From the NCBI RefSeq assembly GCF_006345805.1, contig NC_042997.1, positions 157,046,001 to 157,110,000 on the forward strand: DNA of 64,000 bases, read 5' to 3'. The DNA comes from Octopus sinensis (Eukaryota). How positions within the stretch are numbered: the stretch's first letter is position 1; every line of letters starts with the position of its first letter. The notes below the pieces were generated by a model. It saw nothing but the letters and a program-made list of their open reading frames with translations, did no database searches and was not told the DNA's origin. Positions 42,140-56,577 of the stretch are shown piece after piece. Made by a program: the position numbers and the translations under genes.

Positions 42140-42795
42140 TTAATAAAATCCTTTCTACTAAAGGCACAAATCCTGAAAATTTGGGGGAGGGGACTAGTCG
42201 ATCACATTGACTCCAGTGTATCACTGCTACTTAATTTATCGACCCCGAAAGGATGAAAGACCCCAGTGGCATTTGAACTTAGAACGTGAAGACAGACGAA
42301 ACACCGCTAAGCATTTCGTCCGGCGTGCTAACGATTCTGCCAGCTCGCCATATTTTTAATAATCTTTTCTACTCCAGGCATAAGGCCCGAATTTTTTGAG
42401 GGAGGGGACCAGTCGATTAGATCGACCCCAGTACGCAACTGGTACTTAATTTATCGAACCCGAAAGGATGAAAGGCAAAGCTGACCTCGGTGGAATTTGA
42501 ATTCAGAACGTAAAGACAAACGAAACACTGCTAAGCATTTCGCCCGTTATGCTAACCTTTCTTATTTCTTTATTGCCCCCGAGGTGCTAAATATAGAGGG
42601 GACAAACAACGACAGACAAAAGGATTGAGTCGATTAAATCCACCTCAATGGTAACTAGTACTTAATTTATCGACCCTGAAAGGATGAAAGGCAAAGTCGA
42701 CCTCGGTGGAATTTGAACTCAGAACGTAACGGCAGACGAAATACAGCTAAGCATTTCGTCCGGCGTGCTAACGATTCTGCCAGTTCGCCGCCTTT
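42140..42795 (-). repeat. Cluster of three SINE family A copies
   Basis: Repeated gtcgatta..gtacttaatttatcgacccc..gaaaggcaaagtcgacctcgg. Confidence 0.85.
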
Positions 42796-43344
42796 TTAAT
42801 AATAATAATAATAACAACAACAGCAGCAACAGCGATGACAGTTATAAGGTGGAAGAAAAGGAGTGGGGTGGGAAAAGCAATGTTGATGTGGTTTTTTTGC
42901 CGCAGGAGTGTCCGAGAAAGGAGAAAATCACATAGACAGGTTAAAACGTGTGGTGGTTTACATGTAAAATCGTGTGATGTTATACATATTAATGAATACA
43001 TTAATGATACAGTCCATCTGATACAGTAGGAACTCTATGACTAGTGCAAATTAGAGTTTCCACAGATCCAAGGTCACCTTGACAATAAAGGCAAGTGTCC
43101 TCTCTCGAGTGTTGTTCTCCAACGTAAATGCACATACTTTCGCCGAAGTTGACAATCTTTTAACAAGTTTATTGCAGGAGACTGCTTCCCCTCTTATTTG
43201 CCCCAAAGAGCCCATGCTTAAGCATGCAGTATAGAAAATCTCAAATACAAGGGGTACAAATGTATGGGATAAAATAAAATCATAAAAAAATGGGCTATCA
43301 AAAATTTAGTGCTAATCAAATAAATGGATATATTAATCAGTTCA

Positions 43345-43615
43345 GGCCGGGTTCTGTGGTGTTTTCTTGAGCAAGACACTTTATTTCACATTGCTCCAGT
43401 TCACTCAGCTGTAGAAATGGGTTGCGACGTCACTGGTGCCAAGCTGCATCGGCCTTTCCCTTGAGAAACATCGGTGGCGTAGAGAGGGGCGGCTGATATG
43501 CATGGGTGACTGCTAGTCTTCCATAACAGACCTTGCCCGGACTTGCGCCTCGGAGGGGAACTTTCTAGGTGCATCCCATGGTCATTCACGACCGAAGATG
43601 TGGTTTTTATCCTTT
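43345..43615 (+). mobile_element. SINE family C, 5'-truncated
   Basis: Matches 6420-6680. Confidence 0.85.
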
Positions 43616-43719
43616 TATAAACTAAACGCACGTAACACATAGATAATTATATAACGACACAATTATTTTTAAAATTATGTAAAAATAAACAATTTGAGGC
43701 AATCTTCCCAGACAAGAAC

Positions 43720-44130
43720 GAAACCCAACAGCTAGGTCGAGACAGAGCATCCCTCCATTCTGCATTCTTGTTCCTCGTTGAACTGAAATCAGGTGCAGCC
43801 AAAGGAACCTGTAAGCATTTTCTGTGTTGAGTTGAAAAGTAGAACGTTCTCAGAATGCTGCTGTTTTATTCTGTGATAAATCATTCATAAGATTTTCACC
43901 AACATTCTATCGTTTGTTTTTTGTAAATCAACACTAAATCTTCCTCATGGTATAGGAGATCGTTATCGCCATCAAGTTTGTAAAACTCAGCTCTGGTCTG
44001 AAGTAAATGTTCTTCCTTCGTAGGACATTCCACTTCATATTTTCCCTTGGAATAGGTCTTTTTCCTGTGCTTTATGCACCTTTTGCTTTCACTCCGCGTT
44101 TCTGCCCTTTCTTCTTTTCCTCCCATTACT
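43720..44130 (-). pseudogene. Possible Ginger/GIN-type integrase relic
   Basis: YEVECPTKEEHLLQTRAEFYKLDG..LLYH..LVLIY, then VPLAAP..W..MLCLDL, resemble the pre-core and first-D region of Gypsy-like integrases. Confidence 0.35.
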
Positions 44131-45214
44131 TTTCAGCCTCTGTCTGAATCCCATCGTTGCAAATGGATAGCATGGTCTAATTCCATTTCTTCGACTGGTG
44201 ATGCTGTTGAACCAGCAGCCGTTGCTTGCTATTAACTTGTCTTTAATGTTGCTGTTTTGTTTTGGTGCTTTTTTTCGTTTAGCTCCCCAGTTCCTGGGCT
44301 TTGTGACCTACACAGCCAGTCTCATGGACTTTCATTCTGTTCAGAATTGCACTATGATCTTCAGGAGTCATCAGAGCATGTATAGATTCACACCCAATTA
44401 CATGTTAACCACATACTATTTTTGGTTATTTCGGCGCTCATACCTGTCTGTACTGCACTACAGTTGAAACGATGAGCTAGGAGTTTCTAACATCATTTAC
44501 CATAACCCTGAAGTTGCACCGCCAAAAGTATTATGATACAAGCTTCTGGGCATTGTGTAATGCATTAATTAGCACGGCCTATTTCCTCACCTCGTTTTTT
44601 GTTTCACATATTACATTTAGGATTCCAGGCATAAAAAACAACAGGGGGTGTCTGAGATATTATTCCAAACTGCTTGCATTTTCCTTTTTGTGATATAAGT
44701 CCTTTCGAGATATAGAGATGAATTTATTTTGTAATTTTTTCTCGATAAGTCATGAGGGACAGAGTTATTTTCCCTTGCTACACATTTTAACTAAGCAAAC
44801 TTTTTCACCCCATGTAATCTTGCTCATAAATTCGAAGACGCCATTGTTTACTTGGTGCATGCGTAAACTGTGCATGTTTTTGTTGCTATTGTTATTATAC
44901 CTGGCTTTAATTGCTGAAAATGATGCTATTTCCTGTCCTCCTCCTCCTCCTCCTCCTTTGCCGTTGTGTAATGTTTGTCAGGATCTAGGGGTATGTATGC
45001 TGTACATCTTTCACTAGATTAATTATAATTAATCTCACACCCTCAATACATGCATACATGATTGCAAACTGTGTGTGTGTGTATGTGTATGTGTGTATGT
45101 GTGTGTGTGTATGTGTGTGTGTATGTGTGTGTGTATGTGTGTGTATGTGCGTGTGTATTTGTGCGCACGAATTTGTGCCTGTATGTATGTATATATGTAT
45201 ACATACATACATAC

Positions 45215-45245
<31 letters not shown>

Positions 45246-47836
45246 CGCATACACAATCATCTTACCCAACTACAAGTCAATTTGCATACCTACTTATGTA
45301 TCCAAATTTTATAACATGTACGCGTACATACATGCATGCATGCATACATACATACATACATACATACATACATACATACATACATACATACATACATACA
45401 TACATACATACATACATAATCACTTATAGGAAAGTAGCATTCTATATTATGGAATATTTCAACTGCTGAATGCAGGTAAGATTACATAAGAATATTTTTA
45501 CATAATTATTTAAGCATTGCAATACTCTTTACCATACAACAAAATTTAAAAATCCCACCAAGTATCGGAGAAAACGTCGTACGCATTGCAGCCTAACAAA
45601 AGTATGTATGCTCAGATACAACTACCTTTATCTTGTTGTTGTTACCATCCTTTTGTCTCGAGAGACAGTGGAGTTGCACATAAGCTAATCCATTCTGGTT
45701 TTTACATTTCATGTCCTCTCCAGTTCTGTGCAGGCCTGGGCAAGATGTAAGAAAATCCTGGGTAGCCCAATCGTCAGGATTCCTCTCCTGACCTTGCTGA
45801 CGTAGAGAAAAGAAATATCAAGAAATATAAAGCTGTGACTACCTTTAAATTTAATTATGACTAACATACGTCGAATCTTTCACGAATGATCGTCTGTTTA
45901 AGATTAAATTAATCGAAATCATCATTGTTAAAATAATAAGATTCTCTCTCCTCTCAACTATAGCAAAAGTGAAATGTGGAAATATTACCTTAACAAAGAA
46001 TTGTATAAAATGGAATGTTTTCAGGTACATATCAAAATAACAAAGTGATTGTTTTATGCAGATAAAATAAAGATGATATTAGTTTAATTTACTCCAAAAC
46101 TTGATATAAATCCAATAGACCTTCAAGAATGGGCACTAACAAGTTTACCTTAAACGAAACGTAATATAATGATACACAGTGTAATAATAACAATTCTTTC
46201 TACTATAGACACAAGTCCTGAAATTTTGGAGGAAGAGGCTAGTCGATTATATCGCCCCCAGTGTTTAACTGATACTTATTTTATCGACTTCCAAAAGCAT
46301 GGAAGCCAAGGTTGACTTTTGGTGTCATTTGAACTCATAACCTGACAAAACGCTTAGCGGCATTTTGTCGGGCGCGGTGACGGTTTCAGTTATCGTCAAC
46401 CAAATTTACTTGCGGCTGTAGTAGAAAACACTTTCCCAAGGGTCGCACAGTGGGTCTGAACCCTAGGAACAAGAACAACAAATTACGATCCTAAACCTGA
46501 TGTGGGTCAGTTATCCTATTGCTAATGCAAAGCAAGGAGCTGAAGTAACACAAGTAAAAATGATGGTTTCTTAGTTTTGGCACTAGGTTCGTCGTTTTGG
46601 AGGGTGGGACGGAGTCTATTATATCGACTCCAGTACTTAACTGATACTTATTTTATCAACCCCGAAGGCTAAATCGACCCCCACCACACACGGAATCTGA
46701 ACTCAGAACGTAAAGACGAAGAAAATACCGCTAAGCATTTTTGCTCGGTGTTCTAATGATTCTGCAAGCTTCCTGCCTTTACAGAAGCAACAAATAAGAA
46801 CATTTTATTTCTGTTTTATTTCACACAATCTCGTAGTTATGAAGTGTCACAAATAATGGATTCTGACACTATCACTAAACTACAAATGTTGCAGGAAGGA
46901 ACTTTTGATTATTTCGTTCTCAGTCCAAGACTGGTACTTTATTTTCTATGTCCTGGAAAATTGAAAAGCGAAGCCGAAGTCAGTAGGAATATAAGAAATG
47001 ATATTTATGTTCGTTGAATATCAGAAACAACTGCAACAAAATTACTTCTATGACAGGCACGAGGTCTGAAAATTTTGTGAGATTGAGCTAGTCGATTACA
47101 TCAGCCCCAGTACTCAACTGGTACTTATTTTACCGACCCCGAATGGTTGAAAGCAAAAAAGTTAACTTCTGAGACAACTGAACTCAGAATGTAAAGCCGA
47201 AAGAAATACCACAAAGAAATACCTGACGCGGTAACGATTCGACCAGCTCACTGCCTTTAACTGAAACAGGCCCTTCCCTAAAAATTACATTAGTTGTAAC
47301 TTGAACTTGCAGCCACAACTGAAAGCGTAAACAACGTATCGTAAGTACAAACGGCTGAATAGAGCGTTCGTCAAAGACCTGATGTTTGTAGTTCAACGCA
47401 ATTTCTGTAAAAAGAATAAGTTGAAAGCAGAAATGATAACTTTAACCAACAATTGATATAGACAGAAAGCTAGAACAAGAGTACTGTAAACATGTTGAAT
47501 AAAGAGCAATATGAAATAGATGACTTAGTCCGGGAAAGTGTTCAGTGAGGTGTTGAATAGAAAAATCCCCAGACCTAGCTTTTTATAACAGGATATAGGT
47601 TTTTATAACAGGATATATAACAGTGAATAGGTAATAAAACTTTATACTATAACGCCGACATTTGATCTCGTTGCATGAAAAAAGAATAAGAGATATTGTA
47701 GCTCTGCCGAAATAGTTGTCAGTCTCCCACTCTTCTCGTTCTCCTTAAATAACACTCATGTTACAAATTACTGTACAATATCTTGCCAGAACATCATGTA
47801 TAATACATACACCAGGTGCTCTCAGCCTATTCTTAC

Positions 47837-47883
47837 ACGGTCATTGTACAACCAGCGATACGATATCATAGCACCTGAGTAAG
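47837..47883 (-). CDS. Candidate 47-nt exon (A)YSGAMISYRWLYNDR
   Basis: Strong acceptor ccttcttttcttccag, donor gtaaga; phase 1 start matches 48173-48214. Confidence 0.35.
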
Positions 47884-48172
47884 CTGGAAGAAAAGAAGGC
47901 AGGCTGGGCTGTATAATAAAGCTTCTTGTTAACAAAATAATATAAGAAATAATGAAGAACGGCGGGGACTTGCTTGTTGAATGGTTAGATTACCAAAAGG
48001 CATTTATTAATATACCAATTTGGTAGCTTATCAAAACTCTATTAGTCAGTCTTACAACCACAATTATTTACTATTAATCATCCAAACAACAATTTATTCC
48101 TGATAGGTGAAACAATAGTAAAATCAGTGATAACACATTATTCTAAAGGTGTAATGCAGAGAAATAACTTAC

Positions 48173-48214
48173 CAGTTCTGGTCTTTGTTCTCTCATTAAA
48201 TTCATTGACATTAA
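48173..48214 (-). CDS. Candidate 42-nt phase 1-1 exon (x)NVNEFNERTKTRT
   Basis: CTG|gtaagt donor, moderate cag acceptor, 289-nt intron to the next candidate. Confidence 0.3.
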
Positions 48215-48248
48215 CTGCTCACATAACATATTGCTTATAGAAAAAGGT

Positions 48249-48490
48249 GGAGGCGCGTGGCTTAGTGGCTAAGGTGCTAGATTCATGACCGTAAGATTGT
48301 GGTTTCGATTCCTGGACCGGGCGACGCGTTGTGTTCTTGAGCAAAGCACTTTATTTTGCGTTGCTCCAGTCCACTCAGCTGGCATAAATGAGTAATCCTG
48401 CGACAGACTAGCGTCCCGTCCAGGTGGGGAATATATTCGCCATGGTAATCAGAAAACCGGTCGTATGAGTCTCAATGACTCGGGAAAGAA
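48249..48490 (+). mobile_element. SINE family D
   Basis: ggaggcgcgtggcttagtggct..gtttcgattcctggacc head. Confidence 0.88.
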
Positions 48491-49325
48491 CTTAATTTTA
48501 ACTAACTAAATATCCTGACTCAATAAATTTCTCTTAATTTTTTGTTTGTTTTGGATAACGTAGAGGTATGGGCCAAATATTATTCGATATATAAAAAAGA
48601 ACAATTGGATTTCATTGCCCAATGTTCCAATCTTTGGAATGGAATTTGGTTAATCAATTGTAGTTAGATGAGAAATAATAAACGGCCAACAAACACAACA
48701 TATAAATCATGCGAGAACTACAAATATCTCAGACAAGAAGAGAATGTTATGCATGATAGACCCTTTAGAAAGAGAACAAGAAAAGAAATCTCTACTAAAA
48801 TGAAATATATGTGACAGTACCGCCTCCCAGTAAACAATAAACATTACAAACACAACACCTTTACCATATCTCTTCTGACTCCTATATGCATTCTTCTGAA
48901 CTGAACAATCCTCAGGTGGAATGCAATCAAACACTATCGAATTTCTTTGAATCTCCTCTGATATACCATGTCTATTATTTTCCACCAATCAGTTCATAGG
49001 ATTCCGGGTAACACTTTTTGTTATAACTCCTTGCTCCCCCCAAAACAAAACAAAACAAAAGCAAAACTGCAGTAAATACAAAACATATTGAGACCAATGA
49101 ATCAACCAAAAATAGATGTAATCTACAAATAAAAACAACTTACTTGTTACTGTTTTAGACTAGAACAACAAAACATAACTGTTATCTATATTATCTTCCT
49201 ACTTGATGTTAACGATAAATTTCAGTTATGAAAACGACTGATGGGGAGTATATATATATATATATACACAATGTACTTTCTGTTTTGTCTATTTCTAATA
49301 GTAAGCATTTAATCTCTGTCTCCGA

Positions 49326-49681
49326 CCAGCGCTGGATTAACCATTAAACAAAATAAGCACGTATCAAGGGAAGTGGGCACCACAGAAATGGTAAATGGTC
49401 TACAGCACAAAAGAAATCACATTAAACTTGCTAAAATAATATTGAATGTGGTTTATATGATCGGAAATGGCACCATAGGGAGGATCTGATCAAAAACTTT
49501 GTCGAAGTATACAAAGATAAATACTATTTTCCATCTTACTGTTAGTTTTGTTTCATTTTGAAAAATAAAAAAAATATTCTATGGCTTATTATTGTTTATA
49601 TTTTGAATCACACATACACATATATGGGGTACTAAAAATCTTTTAAGTGCTTAGGGCCTCTGTTGATCCTAATCCGGGCCA
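49326..49681. mobile_element. Probable hAT-type MITE
   Basis: Ends resemble cagggccggattaa / ttaatccggccctg; flanks gtctccga / gtctccgg. Confidence 0.5.
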
Positions 49682-50019
49682 GTCTCCGGCGAAGGGTTAG
49701 CCTCAGATGTTAGACTTCTCTTTTTCAGAGTAAACAAATCTATTCCCCTTTGTGAGCTTTTTTGTAATTATTTGCCGATTTGAAGGCGGCGCGGTGGCGC
49801 ATCGGACAAAATATTTAACGGCGTTTCTACTGGTTCTAATTTCAAATTCCACCCAAGTCGACTTGTCCTTTCATCCTTTCGAGATAGATAAAATTAAGTA
49901 CCAGTCAATTACTGGGGTCGATGTAGTCGACGTGCCGCTCCTCTCAGAATCGCTTGCCCTGTACCAAAATTCGAAACCATTATTTACTGATGTAAAAATG
50001 GTGAGCTGGTAGAACCTAT

Positions 50020-50435
50020 TTCTTTATTGCCTACAAGGGGCCAAACATAGAGGGGACAAACAAGGACAGACAAAGGGATTAAGTCGATTACATCGACCCC
50101 AGTGCGTAACTGGTACTTAATTAATCGTCCCCGAAAGCATGAAAGGCAAAGTTGACCTGGGCGGAATTTGAACTCAGAACGTAACGGCAGACGAAATACC
50201 TATTTCTTTACTACCCACAAGGGGCTAAACACAGAGAGGACAAAGAAGGACAGGCAAACGGATTAAATCGATTACATCGACCCCAGTGCGTAACTGGTAC
50301 TTAATTTATCGACCCCGAAAGGATGAAAGGCAAAGTCGACCTCGGCGAAATTTGAACTCAGAACGTAACGGCAGACGAAATACCGCTAAGCATTTCATCC
50401 TGCGCGCTAACGCCTGTGCCAGCTCGCCGCCTTTC
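50020..50435 (-). repeat. Tandem SINE family A dimer/trimer
   Basis: Same internal junction gaaatacctatttctttactacccac as the 34-kb array. Confidence 0.88.
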
Positions 50436-51059
50436 TAGTAGAATCGTTAGGGCATCGGACAAAATTGCTGACCTTGTGCCACAATTTGAAACCATTATCT
50501 GCCGACGAAGACCATCGCTGGTTTCTTAGGATTCTACTATTTCACTTCATTTTGGATAAAGTTATAGCTGAATTTGGAATACCGAAAAAAAAAAAGAAAA
50601 GAAACTGAGAGTGCCATAATTCATATGTTACAGATGATCACCATTATCTAGCAAAATAAAAATCTGTAAAATCTTAAAATCTTAAGAGTGGATGATTGAA
50701 GAAAAGATGGCGCAAAGAAGATATGTTTGTTTTTCTTTTTTTATTATATCTTTACAAAATTGTCACAGAGTTTACGGACTGTTAAACTAAACGTTAAAGA
50801 TCCAATCAGGAAGCGAATATAAATGTTTAAACGCATATAATTACAGATCTGAAATTCTTCATGTGACTCTACTTAGCGATTGTCTGAATACCAATGAGTG
50901 AATTTCGTTTCTAAGTTTGAAACGAGCTTCTTCTTCATTGGAGTACATTCAGAAATAAAAATAAAAGACCCGAAATACATGAAAATATAAATAAAATAAT
51001 AAAATGAAAATAAGATGAAAAATGAAAACTAAAAAAATAAAGACACCTACTCACATTTA

Positions 51060-52860
51060 CACACATACATACATGCATACATACATACATGCATACATAC
51101 ATACATGCATACATACATACATACATACATACATACATACATACATACATGCATGCATGCATACATGCACGCATACATACATACATACATACATACATAC
51201 ATACATACATAGTACATACATATATACATGGAAATAAAAATGCCTTGCTGTTGATGTTGAAATTCCAATGAAGGAGCCTTGGATCTAGGTTAGAAACCGG
51301 CCCTTTCTCTGTTGGCACGAAATCTTGAAATAAAACTGAACAGGGACATACATACATGCATACATACATACATACATACATACATACATACATACAATAC
51401 ATACATACATACAAGCATACATACAAGCATGCATTCATGCATACATATATACATACATACATGCATACATACATACATGCATACATACATGCATACATAC
51501 ATACATACATGCATACATACATACATGCATGCATACATGCATACATGCATGCATACATGCATACGTACATACGTACATACGTACATGCAAGCAACCATAC
51601 AAGCATGCATTCATGCATACATACATACATACATACATGCATACATGCATACATACATACATACATACGTACATGCATACATACAAGCATACATACATAC
51701 TTACATGCATGCGTACATGCATGCATACATACATACATACATACATACATTCATGCATACATACATACATACATACATGCATACATGCATACATACATAC
51801 ATACATACGTACATACATACATACAAGCATACATACATACATACATGCATGCGTACATACATACATACATACATAATACATACATACATACATGCATACA
51901 TACATACATACATGCATACATACATGCATGCATACATACATACATACATACATACATTCATGCATACATACATACATACATACATGCATACATGCATACA
52001 TACATACATACATACGTACATACATACATACAAGCATACATACATACATACATGCATGCGTACATACATACATACATACATAATACATACATACATGCAT
52101 ACATACATACATACATACATACATACGTACATACGTACATACATACATACATACATACATACATACACACATACATACATACATGAATACATAGTACATA
52201 CATACATACATGGAAATAAAAATGCCTTGCTGTTGATGTTGAAATTCCAATGGAGGAGCCTTGGATCTAGGTTAGAAACCGGCTCTTTCTCTGTTGGCAC
52301 GAAATCTTGAAATAAAACTGAACAATGACATACATACATGCATACATACATACATACATACATACATACATACATACATACATGCATACATACATACATA
52401 CATACGTACGTACATACATACATACATACATACATACATACATACATACATACATACATACATGCATACATACATACATGCATACATACATACATGCATA
52501 CATGCATGCATACATGCATACATACATGCATACATACATACATACAAGCATACATACAAGCATACATACATACATACATGCATACGTACATACGTACATA
52601 CGTACATACAAGCAAACATACAAGCATGCATTCATGCATACATACATACATACATACATACATACATACATACATACATACATACATACATACATACATA
52701 CATGCATACATGCATACATACATACATACGTACATACATACATACAAGCATACATACAAGCATACATACATACATACATGCATGCGTACATACATACATA
52801 CATACATACATACATACATACATACATACATACATACATACATACATACATACATACTGT
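51060..52860. repeat. (TACA)n/(TGCA) array containing two copies of a ~130-bp non-simple unit
   Basis: ggaaataaaaatgccttgctgttgatgttgaaattcc..gaaataaaactgaac at ~51229 and ~52212. Confidence 0.9.
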
Positions 52861-53368
52861 CGCTTTCCGAAGTTCGCTACACTTTACGAAGCTGATTTTA
52901 AAATAGTCACTTGAAATAGATGCTTGTCTCGGTGGTGTTGACGCCCTTCAGTTGTAAGTAGTAGAAAGGTTGAAACTCAAGTAGTTTTACTTACTGTATA
53001 ATTGTTGAAGAAACAACAAGTTGCCTATCTTTGTATCTATCTGTGTTTGAAATCTTTACAAAATTTCAAGATTCACTGAGGAAAACTACATATGTTTCGC
53101 ACTTACTTTTGAGTACCAGCCACTAGAGAAGGTTCTTGAGGTAAATGGCGGTACTGGAGGAAAGAAAGAAACATGTTTTATGGCTGTGATCCCTCACACA
53201 AGCGGTTAATTTAGGAGACGAAGAAGAGAGGGGTTAGACAGAAAGAAAGAGAGGAAGAGGGAAAGACAGGGTGAGAGTGAGGGTTGATTAGCAACAACGT
53301 AGAGAAATAGAGAAAGAGGGAAGAACAGTACAGATAAAGAGAAAGAAGGAGGGTACAAGAAAGAGTAG

Positions 53369-53403
<35 letters not shown>

Positions 53404-53607
53404 GGGAAGAGAGGGAGACAGTAAAGAAGAGTATGGTAGGGTTGGTGGTGGTGGAGTAAAGAAGGGAGTGAAATACGGAAGAAAACGAAAAGAGGGAAAA
53501 ATTGAAATACTTTCGTTAAGTGTCCAGAAATATGTACATAAATATGGAAACAACTTTAAGAGGGAGAAAGAGAGGAAGGGAGAGAGAGAGAAAACAAGAA
53601 GAAGAGG

Positions 53608-53638
<31 letters not shown>

Positions 53639-54386
53639 AGAAAGAGAGGCAGAGAGCCGGGGGTAGTGAGAAATAAATGAATATTAGCACATATGCATAA
53701 GTGTATGTATTCACAGACGTACACACACATACGCACGTGTACACACAAAAACACACTCCTAATAGTATGATCTAGAGTACATGCTGAAACTTTAACGAAA
53801 ATACGCACAAAAATATCTAGAATATGTAAAAATTTATATAGAAGCGGCTTAACATCTATATTTATTTCAATACACACATATATACGCATACACATACATA
53901 AATATATATATATATATATATGTGTATATATTTTTTGCCTGATACTAGTTAATATTGCTTTCAAATTTTGGCACAAGGCCAGCAGTTTCAGGGAAGGGGC
54001 TATGTCGTTTATATCAAACCCAGTGCTCAACTGGTCCTTATTTTATCGAACCCGAAAGGACTAAAGGTAATTTCGTCCTCAACGGAATTTGAACTCAGAA
54101 CGTAAAGACGAACGAAATGCTGCCAAGCATTTTGCTCGCTATGTCGGCTTGTCGCCTTGATACTTGTTAATATTATGACACTCCACGTCAGGTTTGAGAG
54201 CTCTGTGTGACACAATGCCTGAAAAATCGATACACACTTTCACACTTATTCATCTAAACTCATTCGTGTAAACAACAGGATGAAAAGAAAGTACTCAATA
54301 CTGAATGCAGAGAGCTTTAATTTATTGAAAGCTGAAACATTGTAAGTCGTTACGCCGAGTTCATATTGTCGAAATTCAATACATAC

Positions 54387-54509
54387 CAGAGAGTGCCAAG
54401 TATCCGTCCCAGCAGAGGCCAGCGTGAGCACCAGATGCATTTTGGCCCTTTTAAGCCTCTTAATGGCGCGTACTCCTACCCAGTCACGTGCTCGGACGAA
54501 TATTTGTCT
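54387..54509 (-). CDS. Candidate 123-nt phase 0-0 exon RQIFVRARDWVGVRAIKRLKRAKMHLVLTLASAGTDTWHSL (or first coding exon from ATG 54440)
   Basis: ttttactatatcag acceptor, CTG|gtatgt donor, GC-richer than flanks, the other two frames closed. Confidence 0.35.
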
Positions 54510-55398
54510 CTGATATAGTAAAATGTTCATAGTAAATACAGTAGTAACTGGCATATCGACAATGTTTATATTAAGTATGATACCTAGATGGCTATTTGAA
54601 AAATAATATTTATGTTGACAATTGTGCAGGTAAAAAATAATTTCAAAGAAAATAACTCCCCGCAGTAAAATTTAGGTATCCTTAAGAAAGGAAGTAAAGA
54701 TGGGTTAAAACTCGAATTATTCCAGTTTTAGTAAATTCTGCCTCTTCAGTCATTTGGCTGTACACAATTTCGAAATTAGTACCCGTAGGTTACCCACAGG
54801 GACTTAGTAATTCTGATCGTTCGCTCAATATGCCATAACCATGAAATAATATCAATAATTTAAACTTACAGTGAAGATTTCAACAAAAATTACAGTATAC
54901 ATATGAAATAATACAACCGATGATCAACCATTTTAAATATCACAGATACCATTCCTTTCAAAATTAAAACGTGTTTGAAAAGGCTAATGACAATTATTTA
55001 TTCATTTATTTATTTTTACCATTCTTAAGTGCTGATAAAAATGAACTTTGAAGCGACACTCAGTCAAGCTAAAATAATTCCTGGAGTGCTGATTGTTGGA
55101 CCTGAAGACCAAAGATTTGAGTTTTCGAAAGACAATTATCATTGTTTGTGGTGATGGCAATGCTATTGCAAGTGAAGAGAGAGACTTTATATAATATTTT
55201 AGAAAGGTTTTTGAAATTATAAAAACAGGAGTTAACCATTTTTGTTTTAGAAAAATAGTTGTTTCCATATTCGTATAAGCTAAGTCTCAACCGCATCGAA
55301 ATGTACTGTAGTTTGAAAATAGAAAAATTAAAACACAAAAACACACCATACATTCATGTAGGTATATAATATATATATATATATATGTATATATATAA

Positions 55399-55430
55399 TA
55401 CTAGCAGTATAGCCCGGCGTTGCCCGGGAT
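55399..55430 (+). mobile_element. Helitron-like terminus
   Basis: tactagcagtatagcccggcgttgcccggg, an end motif typical of non-autonomous Helitron-type elements, in AT context. Confidence 0.55.
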
Positions 55431-55459
55431 CAAGTTAGGATTATTAAGCTAATCAAGCG

Positions 55460-55655
55460 GTTTGTTTCCCCTCTCCACGCAACCAGTGTTGTTCAAGGGA
55501 AAGGCAAGTGCCGATACAGCTTGGTATCTCATTTCTACAGCTGAGTGAAATGAAGTGTCTTGCTCAAGAATACAACACGCAGCCCGGTCCGGGATTCGAA
55601 CTCACAACGTCCCGATCGTAAGCTCGACGCTCTAACCACTGAGCCAAGTGCCTAT
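55460..55655 (-). mobile_element. SINE family C, internally deleted
   Basis: Reverse tRNA head ggctcagtggttagagcgtcgagcttacgatc. Confidence 0.85.
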
Positions 55656-56364
55656 AAATTTATTTTAAGTATATTCTTGCACACTAGAACGTGCACGGTA
55701 TTTACTGCAGGATTTTGTCTCGGAGAACAATATACTTCCTATAAACACTGTGTGTAAAAGCATATCGATTTTCAACCGACATCAGTGGCTTACTAGATGC
55801 GATGCTTGGGCGAGATTCTGCATCCTCACTGAGAGATGCTACTTACAGTTATCTGGAACTAAACAGAAACTTTTGTTCTCATGGAGAAAGAAGAAAGATG
55901 TTGGTGTATGTACTGAAAATGCTAATTCACACTAAAATACTGTTTTGTAGTTGTTGATGTTTGGAGCTTGGAGTGGCTGAATAAGTTCTCCAAAACAAAT
56001 CTCGCAGGAATATCATTTGTAGGGGGCAGGAATGTGTTAAAAACAAATGTAGAAATCTTAATTTTAATACTTGCTGCATCATGCGCTTATACCGATTAAA
56101 TTCCAGCTTAGCAAGACTCAGAACACACCAGAAAAATATTTTGCTTGGTGTTTATGCACACGAAGAAAAGTTATATCTAGCCCTAACGAACCGAGGTAGT
56201 ATTTATTTGCGATATCACGCCAAATTAGTGTGTCTTGTAGTATGGTTATGTCATGTGGAGGCTTAGTGCGTTTTACACACAAACGTTATATGGGAGATTG
56301 GTTCCCTGCGCCTAAAATCCCGCAACGAATGTATTTCCAGAAACATGTTAAACGTACAGTTCAT

Positions 56365-56401
<37 letters not shown>

Positions 56402-56522
56402 TGTGTGTGTGTGTGTGTGTGTGGCAGGTAGCACAGCTAAATGGTTTGCAGCAATTACAGCGTTTAAATACCGCAAACAATGTTACAAAATTATGCATGT
56501 GTGTATGTGTGTGTGTGTGCGC

Positions 56523-56562
<40 letters not shown>

Positions 56563-56577
56563 TTGAGTATGTGTATA

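Noticed and set aside
53206-54030. 274-aa Leu/Ser/Pro-rich ORF
   Set aside because: Antisense of a (GA)-rich tract plus a SINE; low complexity
55030-56335. Plus-strand protein-like frames (MNFEATLSQAKIIPGVLIVGPED; MSCGGLVRFTHKRYMGDWFPAP)
   Set aside because: No convincing donors, no homology recognised, no consistent plus-strand gene model
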